DNA from: Mustelus asterias
Taxonomy: Eukaryota
Reading direction: 5' to 3'
Assembly: GCF_964213995.1 (NCBI RefSeq)
Contig: NW_027590123.1
Span: 310,001-374,000 of the forward strand
DNA length: 64,000 nt
Below the pieces are notes generated by a model, which was not told the origin of the DNA, did no database searches, and saw nothing but the letters and a program-made list of their open reading frames with translations. Position 1 is the stretch's first letter. Each line of letters opens with the position of its first letter. This document shows, piece by piece, positions 1 through 10,800 of the stretch. A program made the translations under genes and the position numbers.

Positions 1-154
1 CATCAGCCCACTGGAGGCAAAGTCATGAGACCGGCCAGTCCAGCAGAAAGAAACCCTCCGACCCTCCCCATTGACCAACTGTGAGAATGAACAAAATGCA
101 GTCCTGGATGTAATTGAGAGCAGAAACAATGACAGCAGAATCCAACCCCTGGAA

Positions 155-1333
155 TCACTCGTGAACTTGTTGGTGTCTCAGCAGGGCGGATGAAAGACTG
201 AATCTCTTCTCACACACAGAGCAGCTGAACGGTCTCTCCCCAGTGTGAACTCGCTGGTGTATCTGGAGGTGGGAGGACCGAGTGAATCCCTTCCCACATT
301 GAGAGCAGGTGAACGGCCTCTCCCCAGTGTGAACTCGCTGGTGTGTCAGCAGGCTGGACGAATCACAGAATCCCTTCCCACACTGAGAGCAGGTGAATGG
401 TCTCTCCCCAGTGTGAACTCGCTGGTGTATCCGCAGGCTGGATAATCGAGTGAATCCCTTCCCACATTGAGGGCAGGTGAATGGCCTCTCCCCAGTGTGA
501 ACTCGCTGGTGTGTCAGCAGGCTGGATGACTGAGTGAATCCCTTCCCACACTGAGAGCAGGTGAATGGCCTCTCCCCAGTGTGAATTCGCTGGTGTATCT
601 GCAGCTGGGATGACTGAGTAAATCCCTTCCCACATTGAGAGCAGGTGAATGGCCTCTCCCCAGTGTGAACTCGCTGGTGTGTCTGCAGGTGGGATGACCG
701 ACTGAATCCCTCCCCACATTGAGAGCAGGTGAATGGTCTCTCCCCAGTGTGAACCCGCTGGTGTGTCTGCAGGTGGGATGACTGAGTGAATCCATTCCCA
801 CACTGAGAGCAGGTGAATGGCCTCTCCCCAGTGTGAACTCGGTGGTGTATCCGCAGGTGGGATGACTGAGTGAATCCCTTCCCACACTGAGAGCAGGTGA
901 ATGGCCTCTCTCCAGTGTGAACTCGCTGGTGTGCCCGCAGGTTGAATGACTGAGTGAAACCCTTCCCACACTGAGGGCAGGTGAATGGCCTTTCCCCAGT
1001 GTGAACTCGCCGGTGTGACTGCAGGCTGGATGAACAAGTGAATCCCTTCCCACACTGAGGGCAGGTGAACGGCCTCTCCCCAGTGTGAACTCGCTGGTGT
1101 GTCCGCAGGCTGGATAAATGACTGAATCCCTCCCCGCACTGAGAACACGTGAACGGTCTCTCCCCAGTGTGAACTCGCTGGTGTGACTGCAGGCTGAATG
1201 ACTGAGTGAATCCCTCCCCACACTGAGAGCAGGTGAATGGTCTCTCCCCAGTGTGGTTGCGCCGATGAGCTTCCAGCTCTGATGGGGCTCTGTATCTCTT
1301 CCCACAGTCCCCACATTTCCATGGTTTCTCCAT
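155..1333 (-). CDS. ZNF-1: C2H2 zinc-finger protein, 14 tandem fingers, no effector domain
   Basis: ORF 155..1369 with CxxC-x12-HxxxH repeats and TGERPF linkers. ATG of MEKPWKC is at 1333 in ACCATGG context. Probable splice acceptor (ttttccag on minus strand) at about 1683. Confidence 0.92.
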   Translation of the reverse strand: MEKPWKCGDCGKRYRAPSELEAHRRNHTGERPFTCSQCGEGFTQSFSLQSHQRVHTGERPFTCSQCGEGFSHLSSLRTHQRVHTGERPFTCPQCGKGFTCSSSLQSHRRVHTGERPFTCPQCGKGFTQSFNLRAHQRVHTGERPFTCSQCGKGFTQSSHLRIHHRVHTGERPFTCSQCGNGFTQSSHLQTHQRVHTGERPFTCSQCGEGFSRSSHLQTHQRVHTGERPFTCSQCGKGFTQSSQLQIHQRIHTGERPFTCSQCGKGFTQSSSLLTHQRVHTGERPFTCPQCGKGFTRLSSLRIHQRVHTGERPFTCSQCGKGFCDSSSLLTHQRVHTGERPFTCSQCGKGFTRSSHLQIHQRVHTGERPFSCSVCEKRFSLSSALLRHQQVHE

Positions 1334-1929
1334 GGTGCAGGTGTCCTTGCCTCTCTCTTGGGTGGACAATCAGTTGAAGTCTCGTCCACACTCACATCAC
1401 GGGTACAGTCTCTCCCTGCTGTGAATGGTGTGATATTTATTCAGGCTGTGTAACTGGTTAAAGCTCTTTAGTCAGTGCATTGGAACACTCTCACTCAAGT
1501 GTGGCAGTGTGTTGGTGCTTTTCCAGTCACACTGACATTTCAAATCTTTTCAAATCAACAGACTGGACAATCATTTCTCCTTCTAGATTCAAAGGCCGAT
1601 GATATTCAGCTCCCAAGGAATATGACTGTCAGATCTAGACGTGAAGTTTGAGATTTCAGCCTGTGATTCCTCTTTCAGTATCCTGGAAAATGAGTTTACA
1701 AAAGTCATCAGTGTCAGTACAGGATAGAAATTCAGAACAGACAATTCTAGTTTCTATCGAACATTCTTTCCTATTTCAGTCCTAAAAAGCTGTAAATCTC
1801 CATTCCACACACTCTCCCTCCATTCTCACTCTGCTGTATCTAATATTCACCCTCCCAATTCTCCTGAAGGTGCTGATTGAGGCTGATTGACAGATCCATG
1901 CTCACTGCTTCCTGTCCTGGACACAGAGA

Positions 1930-2345
1930 CCATAACAAATAGGAGCTGCAGTCGGCCATTTGGCTCATCGAGCCTTTTAAACTATTCAATGAGATCATTC
2001 GTTCATCTACCTCAGCATCATTCTCCCCACACTAAACCCATATCCCTTGATATCCTCAATATCTAGAAACCAATCAATCTCTCTCTTGAAAATAGTTGAT
2101 GACTGAGGCTTCACTGTCCTCAGGGGTTGAGAATTCCAAAGCTTTACCACATCCTTGAGTGAAGAAATCCCCTCACATATTAGCTTTTGCTCCATCTTCT
2201 TGTCTGTTCCCCATAACTCTTGACACCATTGTCAGTCAAAGATCTGTCTAACTGGAATATATTCAATGATCCTCAGCCTCCACTGGTCCCTGTGGAAGAG
2301 AAATCCAAAAGACTAACAACCCTCTGAGGGAAGAGATGTCTTGAA
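1930..2345 (-). mobile_element. Degenerate CR1-type LINE 3' fragments in the ZNF-1 intron
   Basis: Minus-strand ORF 2007..2195 (VVKLWNSQP..FKREIDWFLD..IKGYG) matches the CR1 ORF2 C-terminus and tail seen elsewhere in the window. Confidence 0.7.
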
Positions 2346-3009
2346 ATATATAACGGAGCTACAGTTCCATATTACAAGATATTCAGATCCCAAGGAATAT
2401 GACTCTGTCTAGATGTGACAGTTGAGATTTTTGCCTTTGATTCCTCATTCAATATCCTATGAAATGAGTTTGCAAAAGTCATCACAGTCAGTATAGGATA
2501 GAAATTCAGAGCAGACAATTCTAGTTTCTATGGAACATTCTTTCCTATTTCATTCCCAAAAAGTTGTAACTCTCCATCCATATCTATGGATTCTATTTAA
2601 AAATGAAAGTGGTTGGGCATTTGAAGGAAATAAACTTTCAGGAGAGTGAGGATATCGAGTGGGAATGGGACTGGAATGTTATACAGAGAGTCAGCATGGA
2701 CTCGAGTTACCGAATGGATTCCTTCTGTGCTGTAATGACTTTATGACTGGAAATGTACAACATCGCTACAGCATTATATTACAATGCAAGAACTAATAAT
2801 AAAAGTATTTTATTACAGAAACATAAATAATATATCTAATCTGGGTACCATATAATAACACCAAACATATCTCTGTCCTATATTAACGTTCTGTCCCCTT
2901 AAATGTCAGCCATCTCCTGGGGAAAGCTGCCCTTTAATGTGAACATGAGGAAAAAGACCATCCTTTTCGACAGACAAATAAATGTGTCAAGCTGAGGGAG
3001 CAAAGGATG

Positions 3010-3486
3010 TTCACCAGGCTGATTCAGGGAATCGCGGGACTGATGTATGAGGAGAGATTGACCAGGTTAGGATTGTTTTCATTGGAGTTCAGATGAATGA
3101 GGGGGGAATCTCATAGAGACTTATAAAATTCTAAGAAGTCGAGACAGGATAGATGCAGGGAGGATGTTCCCGATGGAGTCCAGAACCAAGGGTCACAGTC
3201 TGAGGATTCAGGGCAGACCATTTAGGACGGAGGTGAGGAGACATTTCTCCACCCAAAGAGTGGTGAGTCTGTGGAATTCATTACCACAGGAAGTAGTTGG
3301 TGCCAAAACATTGAATGTATTCAAGAGGCGGCTGGATAAAGCACTTGGGGTGAATGGGATCACAGGTTATGGGAAAAAGCAGGATTAGGCTACTCAGTTG
3401 GATGATCAGCCATGATCATAATGAATGGCGGAGCAGGCTCGAAGGGCCAAATGGCCTCCTCCTGCTCCTATCATCTCTGTTTCTAT
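3010..3486 (+). mobile_element. CR1 (HER1-type) LINE 3' fragment
   Basis: Encodes SRTKGHSLRIQGRPFRTEVRRHFSTQRVVSLWNSLP, followed by the CR1 3' tail. The paralogous empty site (aaggatgtcaatgtc) is at 10091-10105. Confidence 0.88.
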
Positions 3487-3661
3487 ATCAATGTCTTTAA
3501 GAGAGAGAGAGAGGGAGACCTGGGCCAACCTTTCCAGAGTCTGCACCCTCCCTGGATTCACTTCCTTTCCCTTCAGTTGCTGCAAGTCCCCAAATTCCCC
3601 CAGAATGAGAAAAGAAATGGAAAGGGGGAGAAAAGAAAGTGTGTTACTCACAGATGTTGGC

Positions 3662-5178
3662 CTCTTTTTGGTCAAAACAAATAAACAAACTCAGATTAAG
3701 TCAGGACAAAGTAAAAGGGGCAGCTCCCCAAAAGGAGGGAGAACAGTCCGAACAGAAATCAAAGTACAAAGGAAACTTAAAAACATCAAATTAAAATGTG
3801 ATTATTAGGGTCGATAACGCACCCCAACCCCTGCGGTGCCCAGCGGGCGCGGAAGGCGTCAACCGCGCCCGTGGACACCGCATGCTCCCTCTCCAGGGAC
3901 ACCCAGCCGTGAACGTAGCCGCGGTAGAGGGGAAGACAGTCAGGATGGACGGCCCCCTCGATCGCCCGCAGCCTGGACCGGTAAATGGCGCGTTTCGCCA
4001 GGCCCAGGAGCAGGTTCACGAGGAGGTCGCCATCCCGACCCCAACAAAAAGAAAGTGCAACCTAAGACACAAAACATAGACATGGTCCACGGACTTCACA
4101 AGGCCACAGAAGGGGCAAGCTTCATAGCCCGTGAACCAGTGAATCCTACGGTTGTGCGGAACTGCTGCATGCATCACCCTTCACCCCAGGTCCCCGATGT
4201 AATTGGGGCAATCCCTCCGTAGAGGGACCTCTACGGAAACAAGGCCCGCCAAGGTGTATCCGGGCGACAGGCAAGGAGGCGGTAGTGGAAGGTGTGCAGC
4301 AGCAGCCCGCACAGGAAACGCCTCCGCGCGGTAGAAAAAGGCACGGAGGACATTTCCACAAGGCGGCTCAGGCTGTGGGGCACCTGACCCGAGGAGGAGG
4401 GTTGAAGTTTTGGGCTAATGTGGAATTCTGTCCGAACAGGGGAACGCTCGGGCGGGATCCCACCGCACGCCTGCGCCGCCTCGAGTTTGAGTGCACTTTC
4501 GGGGCCGAGCACGACCGTCCTAAGGTCTAGGATGGCTTTGGCCGCGTGCCGGATGGTCGTCCCCACGCGCTCAGCCAGCACGCGGGGGCCCATCCAGCCC
4601 GCTCCTCCGCCATCGAGCACGTCCCCGATTCTGGTCACCCCGGCGTCCACAGCCCTCCTCTCCGCCAGCCACCTGAAGTCATACGGCTGGAGGAGCGGAT
4701 TCCTGAGCAGCGGCTCTCGCACGAGAGCTGCTACTCCTGACGGGGGAGAGCTGCATCGCGAGGCGACCGTGTTCCAGACGGTGAGGAGGTCCTGGTAAAA
4801 GATGGGCAACTCCTGCAGGGCGGTCGAAGCACGCCCCAGTTCGATATGCAGGAGCTGCACGTCATAATTGAGGCCGTGCCAGTGGCAGAAGAAATATGGC
4901 ACACCATTGTGGAGGGGGCTCAACGTAAAGGTACCTCGGCAGAGCCTGGAGGCGGAAGGTCGCTATCTGAGTGCGGAGGCACACCAGACCTTGTCCGCCC
5001 TCCTCAAGCGGGAGATACAGGACCGCAGCAGGGACCCAGTGCAGTCGATTGCCCTAGAAGAACCGCAGGAGGGTTCTCTGGATATTGGCGACAAAGCCAA
5101 GGGGAGGGGTCAAAGGGACCAGCCGGTACCACAGCATGGAGGCGAGCAGCTGGTTTATGACGAGAACCCGCGCCCGTG
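3662..5178 (-). mobile_element. Tx1/L1-clade non-LTR retrotransposon, 5'-truncated ORF2 C-terminal part plus 3'UTR
   Basis: GC-rich block. Minus strand gives GRVLVINQLLASMLWYRL (near 5120-5177), LPIFYQDLLTVW..REPLLRNP and LLLGLAKRAIYRSR..RARW, typical of Tx1-type ORF2. The T-rich 3'UTR ends in aaaaagag. Confidence 0.8.
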
Positions 5179-5197
5179 AATGGTCACAAACACTCAC

Positions 5198-5330
5198 CTC
5201 TGAAACAATTTAACTGATTTTAATATTAAAATCTCCTGCTGGAGCCTGCAGCTGGAAAGATATCAGAAGCATTGGCATCAGAGAAAAATCTCCCAGTTGA
5301 GGAAATCCCCGGGGAGCGGGGGTGATGTCA
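5198..5330 (-). other. Probable 5' non-coding exon of ZNF-1
   Basis: Bounded on the minus strand by ttgcacag and ag|gtgagt. Homologous to the exon-like segment at 60087-60179 (shared ccaatgcttctgatatctttccagctgcag). Confidence 0.5.
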
Positions 5331-5605
5331 CTGTGCAATTGTAAGTATGTGATGAGATCACAGACAGGAACACAGAATACCTGGGTCTGTGCAAACCAGT
5401 GAACACCACACATTATGGAGGATGTGAGGCTCCTTGACAGGGTGCAGAGGAGATTTATCAAAATGGTTTCAGGGATGAGGAATTATAGTTACAATGTTAG
5501 GCTGGATAACTTGGGGTTGTTCTCCTTGGAGCAAAGTAGATTGATAGAAGTGTACAAGGGTACATGGAGGTGTCAAAGTTTACATGCTCTGTTTACACGT
5601 GTACA

Positions 5606-5710
5606 AGCTCTGACTCTGGGTCATCCAGTCTCGAAACGTTGGTTCTATTCTCTCTCCACTGATGCTGTCAGATCTGCTGAGATTTTCCAGCATTTATTGT
5701 TTTTATTTTC
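5606..5710 (+). mobile_element. PLE family B pseudo-LTR remnant
   Basis: agctctga...tcgaaacgttgg..ctccactgatgctgtcagatctgctgagattttccagcat. The same repeat caps the GIY-YIG fragment at 42835-43460. Confidence 0.6.
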
Positions 5711-5854
5711 CTTTCTTTTCTCCTTCTCTACCACCGCTCTGCCTCATCAATAAGACATTGGGACTCAGAGGGTTGATGCAGTTTGATGGACAAGTTGTCT
5801 CCATTCTGAGCACTGGGGAACAAGCCCCTCCCACTGATTGACAACATTGCCCTC

Positions 5855-6260
5855 TACAAACATGGCGGCCGCACGTGCGCACTGCTGCATATTGCCCCCA
5901 ATAAAGATGGCGAACGTTAACCCGGGACGAACACGAGGAGCTGCAGCCCTTCTCTGTACAAACTGGGTCCGGGAAGTTCTCTTCCGCGGTTTGCGGCTTA
6001 CACAACATGCTTACGCAGCGTTTCCACCCACCTGGACGATCCATTGCTCTCTCCGTACCTCCAATCACCTCTAACAGATTTCCGAGCCCAGAACAAAAGC
6101 CGTTTCCCATCGTCATTACTCACACTGCGCATGCTCCAGTCAAAGCTGGCCCCGCCCCTCGTTCGTTCCCATTGGCTGGAGGACCGACAGCTCCAGGTCG
6201 GTCCTCTCGCACTGTCCCCTCTTCCCATTGGTCCGCGCTGCCGTCAATCAGCCGGGCATT
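5855..6260. promoter_or_regulatory. CpG-rich promoter P1, probably driving ZNF-1
   Basis: YY1-like aacatggcggc and aagatggcg, NRF1-like tgcgcatgc, GC box ccccgccc and two ATTGG boxes. Colinear similarity to 58430-58760. Confidence 0.65.
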
Positions 6261-6353
6261 GTGACGGTGATTTGCTGCTTGTCCAATAATGACAGTAAGA
6301 AGTTTAACAACACCAGGTTAAAGTCCAACAGGTCTATTTGGTAGCAAACGTCA

Positions 6354-6391
6354 CACAAGCTTTCGGAGCCTCAAGCCCCTTCTTCAGGTGA
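6354..6391 (-). ncRNA. Minimal type I hammerhead ribozyme motif in PLE pLTR
   Basis: Minus strand reads tcac CTGAAGA a ggggc-ttgag-gctcc GAAA gctt gtg, giving helix I cac/gtg, helix II and a palindromic AGCT helix III. Confidence 0.65.
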
Positions 6392-7430
6392 GTGGGAATT
6401 CTGTTCACAAACAGGGCATATAAAGACACAGACTCAATTTACAGAATAATGGTTGGAATGCGAATCCTTGCAGCTAATCAAGTCTTAAAGGTACAAACAA
6501 TGTGAGTGGAGAGCTTCCACTCTAAACACGTTAAAGAAGCCATCCCCTGCGGACATGCCCTCCGTATACACAGGATCTGCTCGGATGAGGAGGATCGCAA
6601 CAGACACCTCCAGACGCTGAAAGATGCCCTCATAAGAACAGGATATGGTGCTCAACTCATCGATCGACAGTTCCGACGCGCCACAGCGAAAAACCGCACC
6701 GACCTCCTCAGAAGACAAACACGGGACAAGGTGGACAGAGTACCCTTCGTCGTCCAGTACTTCATCGGAGCGGAGAAGCTACGGCATCTTCTCCGGAGCC
6801 TTCAACATGTCATTGATGAAGACGAACATCTCGCCAAGGCCATCCCCACACCCCCACTTCTTGCCTTCAAACAACCGCACAACCTCAAACAGACCATTGT
6901 CCGCAGCAAACTACCCAGCCTTCAGGAGAACAGTGACCACGACACCACACAACCCTGCCACAGCAACCTCTGCAACACGTGCCGGATCATCGACACAGAT
7001 GCCATCATCTCACGTGAGAACACCATCCACCAGGTACACGGTACATACTCTTGCAACTCGGCCAAAGTTGTCTACCTGATACGCTGCAGGAAAGGATGTC
7101 CCGAGGCATGGTACATTGGGGAAACCATGGAGACACTGTGACAACGGATGAATGAATACCACTCGACAATCACCAGGCAAGACTGTTCTCTTCCTGTTGG
7201 GGAGCACTTGAGCGGTCACGGGCATTCGGCCTCTGATATTCGGGTAAGCATTCTCCAAGGCAGCCTTCACGACACACGACGGCGCAGAGTCGCTGAGCAG
7301 AAACTGATAGCCAAGTTCTGCACACATGAGGACGGCCTCAACCGGGATATTGGGTTCATGTCACACTATCTGTAATCCCCACAACTTGCCTGGACTTGCA
7401 GAGTCTCACTGGCTGTCCTGTCTGGACAGT

Positions 7431-7776
7431 GGGGCGGCACGGTAGCACAGTGGTTAGCACTGCTGCTTTACAGCTCCAGGGACCTGGGTTCGATTCCCGG
7501 CTTGGGTCACTGTCTGTGTGGAGTTTGCACGTTCTCCTCGTGTCTGCGTGAGTTTCCTCCGGGTGCTCCGGTTTCCTCCCACAGTCCAAAGATGTGCGGG
7601 TGAGGTTGATTGGCCGTGCTAAAATTGCCCTTAGTGTCCTGAGATGCGTAGGTTAGAGGGATTAGTGGGTAAATATGTAGGGATATGGGGGTAGGGCCTG
7701 GGTGGGATTGTGGTCAGTGCAGACTCGATGGGCTGAATGGCCTCTTTCTGTGCTGTAGGGTTTCTATGATTCTATG
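7431..7776 (+). mobile_element. HE1-type tRNA-derived SINE
   Basis: A box (ggtagcacagtgg), B box (ggttcgattcc), central gggtgctccggtttcctcccac domain and CR1-like tail with ttctatga repeats. Confidence 0.9.
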
Positions 7777-7929
7777 AATACACATCTCTTTAGCCTGTCT
7801 TGATGCTGTCTCCACTCACATTGTTTGTACCTTTAAGACTTGATTAGCTGTAAGTATTTGCATTCCAACCATTATTCTGTTAATTGAGTTTGTGTCTTTA
7901 TATGCCCTGTTTGTGAACAGAATTCCCAC

Positions 7930-7968
7930 TCACCTGAAGAAGGAGCTTAAGACTCCGAAAGCTTGTGG
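7930..7968 (+). ncRNA. Minimal hammerhead ribozyme motif in PLE 3' pLTR
   Basis: tcac CTGAAGA a ggag-cttaaga-ctcc GAAA gctt gtgg. Confidence 0.65.
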
Positions 7969-9649
7969 CTTTTGCTACCAAATAAACCTGTTGGACTTTA
8001 ACCTGGTGTTGTTAAACCTCTTACTGTGTTTACCCCAGTCCAACGCCGGCATCTCCACATTAGTAATAACAGTGACAGAGTCTCAGTGTAACAATGACAC
8101 ACACAGGCTCCAATACAATCAGAGTGGAGATGGGGCACAGAGACAACACAGCAAAGCACTGACTTACTCTGAGTGTAACAAATACAATGTTTGTTAAAAT
8201 ATTTAGAGTCACATTGCAGTATGTTAGTGAACACAGCATTTGATCCAATGTAATGGTAATACAGTCAGTATCTCGTGCACCATAACCAAAGTTTAGGTTT
8301 CATTTGATAGTGTGAGTGAGTCATGGTCTATTGATATGATGTATTTAAATTCCGGTGTGTGTTACTCTGCCCCACTGTCATTATCGGACAATAACCTGTC
8401 TGTTATTCCAATTCTGCTGTATTTTACAACGGCAGTTTCAGTGTCTCTGAGGTCATTTTAACTGCAGGTAATCTGACATTAAGGGAGACAAGAGGCCCAA
8501 CAAACATTTGATTATAATAGGAGGACAAAGTGCAAGGGAACAATGATATTTTAAGGTGTCTGTGTTATGGTGAGTGTCACTGGGAGGTGAGTGATAAAAT
8601 ACAAGTGGAAACATCATGACAGAGACACATGTGACTGACTCGGCCTGACTGAGAGCTGTTATACTCGAGGCGAGAATAATGAGGACATGGGAAACTCCAG
8701 GGATTTCTGATATCTGAGGGGAATCTGTTAGAGGAACTGAAAATAATCAGTTTCTTCTCATGGTTATCTCTAGTTCGCAAGTTACACAGACACACAGGAA
8801 AGAGATCTGACAGCTCATCAAACTCAGTGTTTAAATCTTCTGTTTGAGACACATTATTACCGAAAAGATCAAATATTAAAACCTTAGGAGAGATACATTC
8901 AGAATGTCACAAAGATGAGTGAATTGTCTAATTAATCCCATTCACCATAACTTTGCCAATTTATCCTCTGCAAGTATTTATCCAATTCCCTTTGAAAGCT
9001 ACTATTAAACTTGCTTCGAGCACCTGTCAGTTTGTGCATTCCAGATCATATCAAGTTATTGTGTAAAACATTCTCCTTAACACCCCTTCCAATTCTGTTG
9101 TCAATTAAATTAAATCTCTGTATCCTCTGCTTACAGACCCTCCTGCACCGGGGAAATCGATTCTCTCCATCGACAAACCCTCCTGCTGCTGGGAGATCAT
9201 TTCTCTCCATTGACACTATCATAAATCATTTGTCATTTTAAACACCTCTATTAAATCTCCCCCAGCACATTCCCTGATCTAAGATGGATAACCCATGTTT
9301 TTCCTGCCCTGAAGAATTATATGGACTCAAAATGTTAACTCTCTGAACAGATGCCGCCAGACCTGCCGGGTTTTTCTGCTTTTCTCCCTGTTTTTCCCTC
9401 TGTAATCAATCAGAAACTCTCCCTGATTTTGAACATCTTGATCAAATAGGAACACACAAAGCCTGAGAAAGATACAGAGGAAAGGAGAGACAGAAAGACT
9501 GAGAGAAAAACTGAGAGAGATTTTAAAAAGCAGAAAGATGAGGTGGTCAAAGATAAAAGCTGAGAAACAGAGGAAACAAGCAATACAGAGAGAATGATAT
9601 ACAATATAAGGGAGCAGGCTATCAGTTCCTGGCTATGGGGAGCAGAGGC

Positions 9650-10255
9650 ACGTCTCTGTCCTGTATTAGTTTACTGTCCCCTTTAATATATTTCAGAAAT
9701 TAGATGGGCACATAAAGGAAATAAAGTTGCAGGGGAAAGGTAATATAGAAAGGGAATGGGACTGACTGGATTGTTCGACAGAGAGTCGGCATGGATTCGA
9801 GTTACTGAATGGACTCCTTCTGCGCTGTAATGACTCGATGAGTGAAAATATATAACATTGCTTCAGTGTTACATTACAAAACGAGAAATAATAATAAATG
9901 TACTTTGTTGCAGAACCATAAATATTATACCAAATCTACAATATAACAACACAAGGCATATCTCTGTCCTATATTAATTTATTGTTCTTTTAAATGTCAG
10001 CCATCACCTGGGGAAACCAGCCCTTTAATTGTGAACATTAGGAAAGGGACCTTTTAGCCAGACAAATCAGCGTGTCAAGCTGAGGGAGCAAAGGATGTCA
10101 ATGTCTTTAAGAGAAAGAGAGACCCGGGCCAACCTTTCCAGAGTCTGCAGCCTCCCTGGATTCACTCCGTTTCCCTTTAGTTGCTGCAAGTCCCCAATTT
10201 CCCCCAGAATGAGAAAAGAAATGGAAAGGGGGAGAAAAGAAAGTGTTTTACTCAC
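9650..10255 (-). pseudogene. Orphan ZNF first-intron remnant, paralogous to the ZNF-1 intron, with no finger exon downstream
   Basis: 9700-10255 aligns by eye with 2610-3008 plus 3487-3651. Donor catct|gtgagt is at 10255. Confidence 0.6.
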
Positions 10256-10800
10256 AGATGTTGGAGAGACAGAAGAAGTTTGAGTCTGTCTGAAGCGCAA
10301 TCTTCATTCAGAGAGAGAGCAGCAGCAGCTTTGCTGGGCAGGAATGAGCAGCTGAACAAGCTCATTGTCCACTTCCGCATTCAGACAATGGGGGAGCTCT
10401 GATTGGCTGGAGGACCAGAGAACGTCCGGTCCTCCAACTTTCCATTGGCCAACACCTCAGCAGCAGGTCAAAAGGTTGGCTCCCCCCCGCACATGCACAT
10501 CTTCCCCTCTCCCTTGGACATGCGCAGTCCCGGGCCGAGGGAGGGGACGATCAATACGCGGCTTCTCGCTCTGGCCGGAGCCGTCAGCCGGTTGCCTGGA
10601 AACCGTGGCTGGAAGAGGTGGAGGGGGAGGGGGAACAATGGGTGGGGGCGGGGCTCCCGGGTCCGCGCGCCCGGGCCTGCGCACCGGAGACGTCATCGCG
10701 GAGCAGAATGATTCCTATTGGCTGATTTAGGCAGAGCTCTATTATGGACGTCACAATGCGGAAGTTGTCCAAACTCCCTCCTCTGGGCAACATCTGGGAG
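10256..10800. promoter_or_regulatory. Bidirectional CpG promoter P2 with mirrored first exons
   Basis: ATTGG boxes, gggggcggggc, gacgtca, gcggaagt and catgcgca motifs. Flanked by inverted copies of the exon1/intron block. Confidence 0.7.

Larger units (their letters stand above)
6292..8060 (+). mobile_element. Penelope-like element (family A): inverted 5' pLTR, ORF C-terminus with GIY-YIG endonuclease, 3' pLTR and tail
   Basis: ORFs 6506..7141 and 7148..7375 carry the CCHH-type linker CHSNLCNTC, VVYLIRC..WYIGET and EH..H..R..AEQKLI..GLN, with one internal TGA. 6292-6510 is the reverse complement of about 7810-8027. An HE1 SINE is nested at 7431. Confidence 0.9.

Noticed and set aside
363-1395. 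Long alternative-frame ORFs overlapping ZNF arrays (342 and 293 aa here; also 47722..48732, 30855..31307, 41663..42202)
   Set aside because: They are a by-product of the homogenised 84-bp finger repeat lacking stops in shifted frames, and there is no independent evidence of coding.
1370-1530. Selenocysteine or programmed readthrough of the conserved leader TGAs
   Set aside because: Leaders also carry paralog-specific frameshifts, other stops and a CR1 insertion (23370-23510). The TGAs are not at Cys positions and I see no SECIS-like motif. Inherited CGA-to-TGA decay is simpler.
7431-7505. tRNA gene
   Set aside because: The A and B boxes are the tRNA-derived head of the HE1 SINE, repeated at several loci with SINE body and tail.
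8430-8960. 91-aa ORF and exon-like sequence
   Set aside because: No recognisable domain or convincing splice structure.
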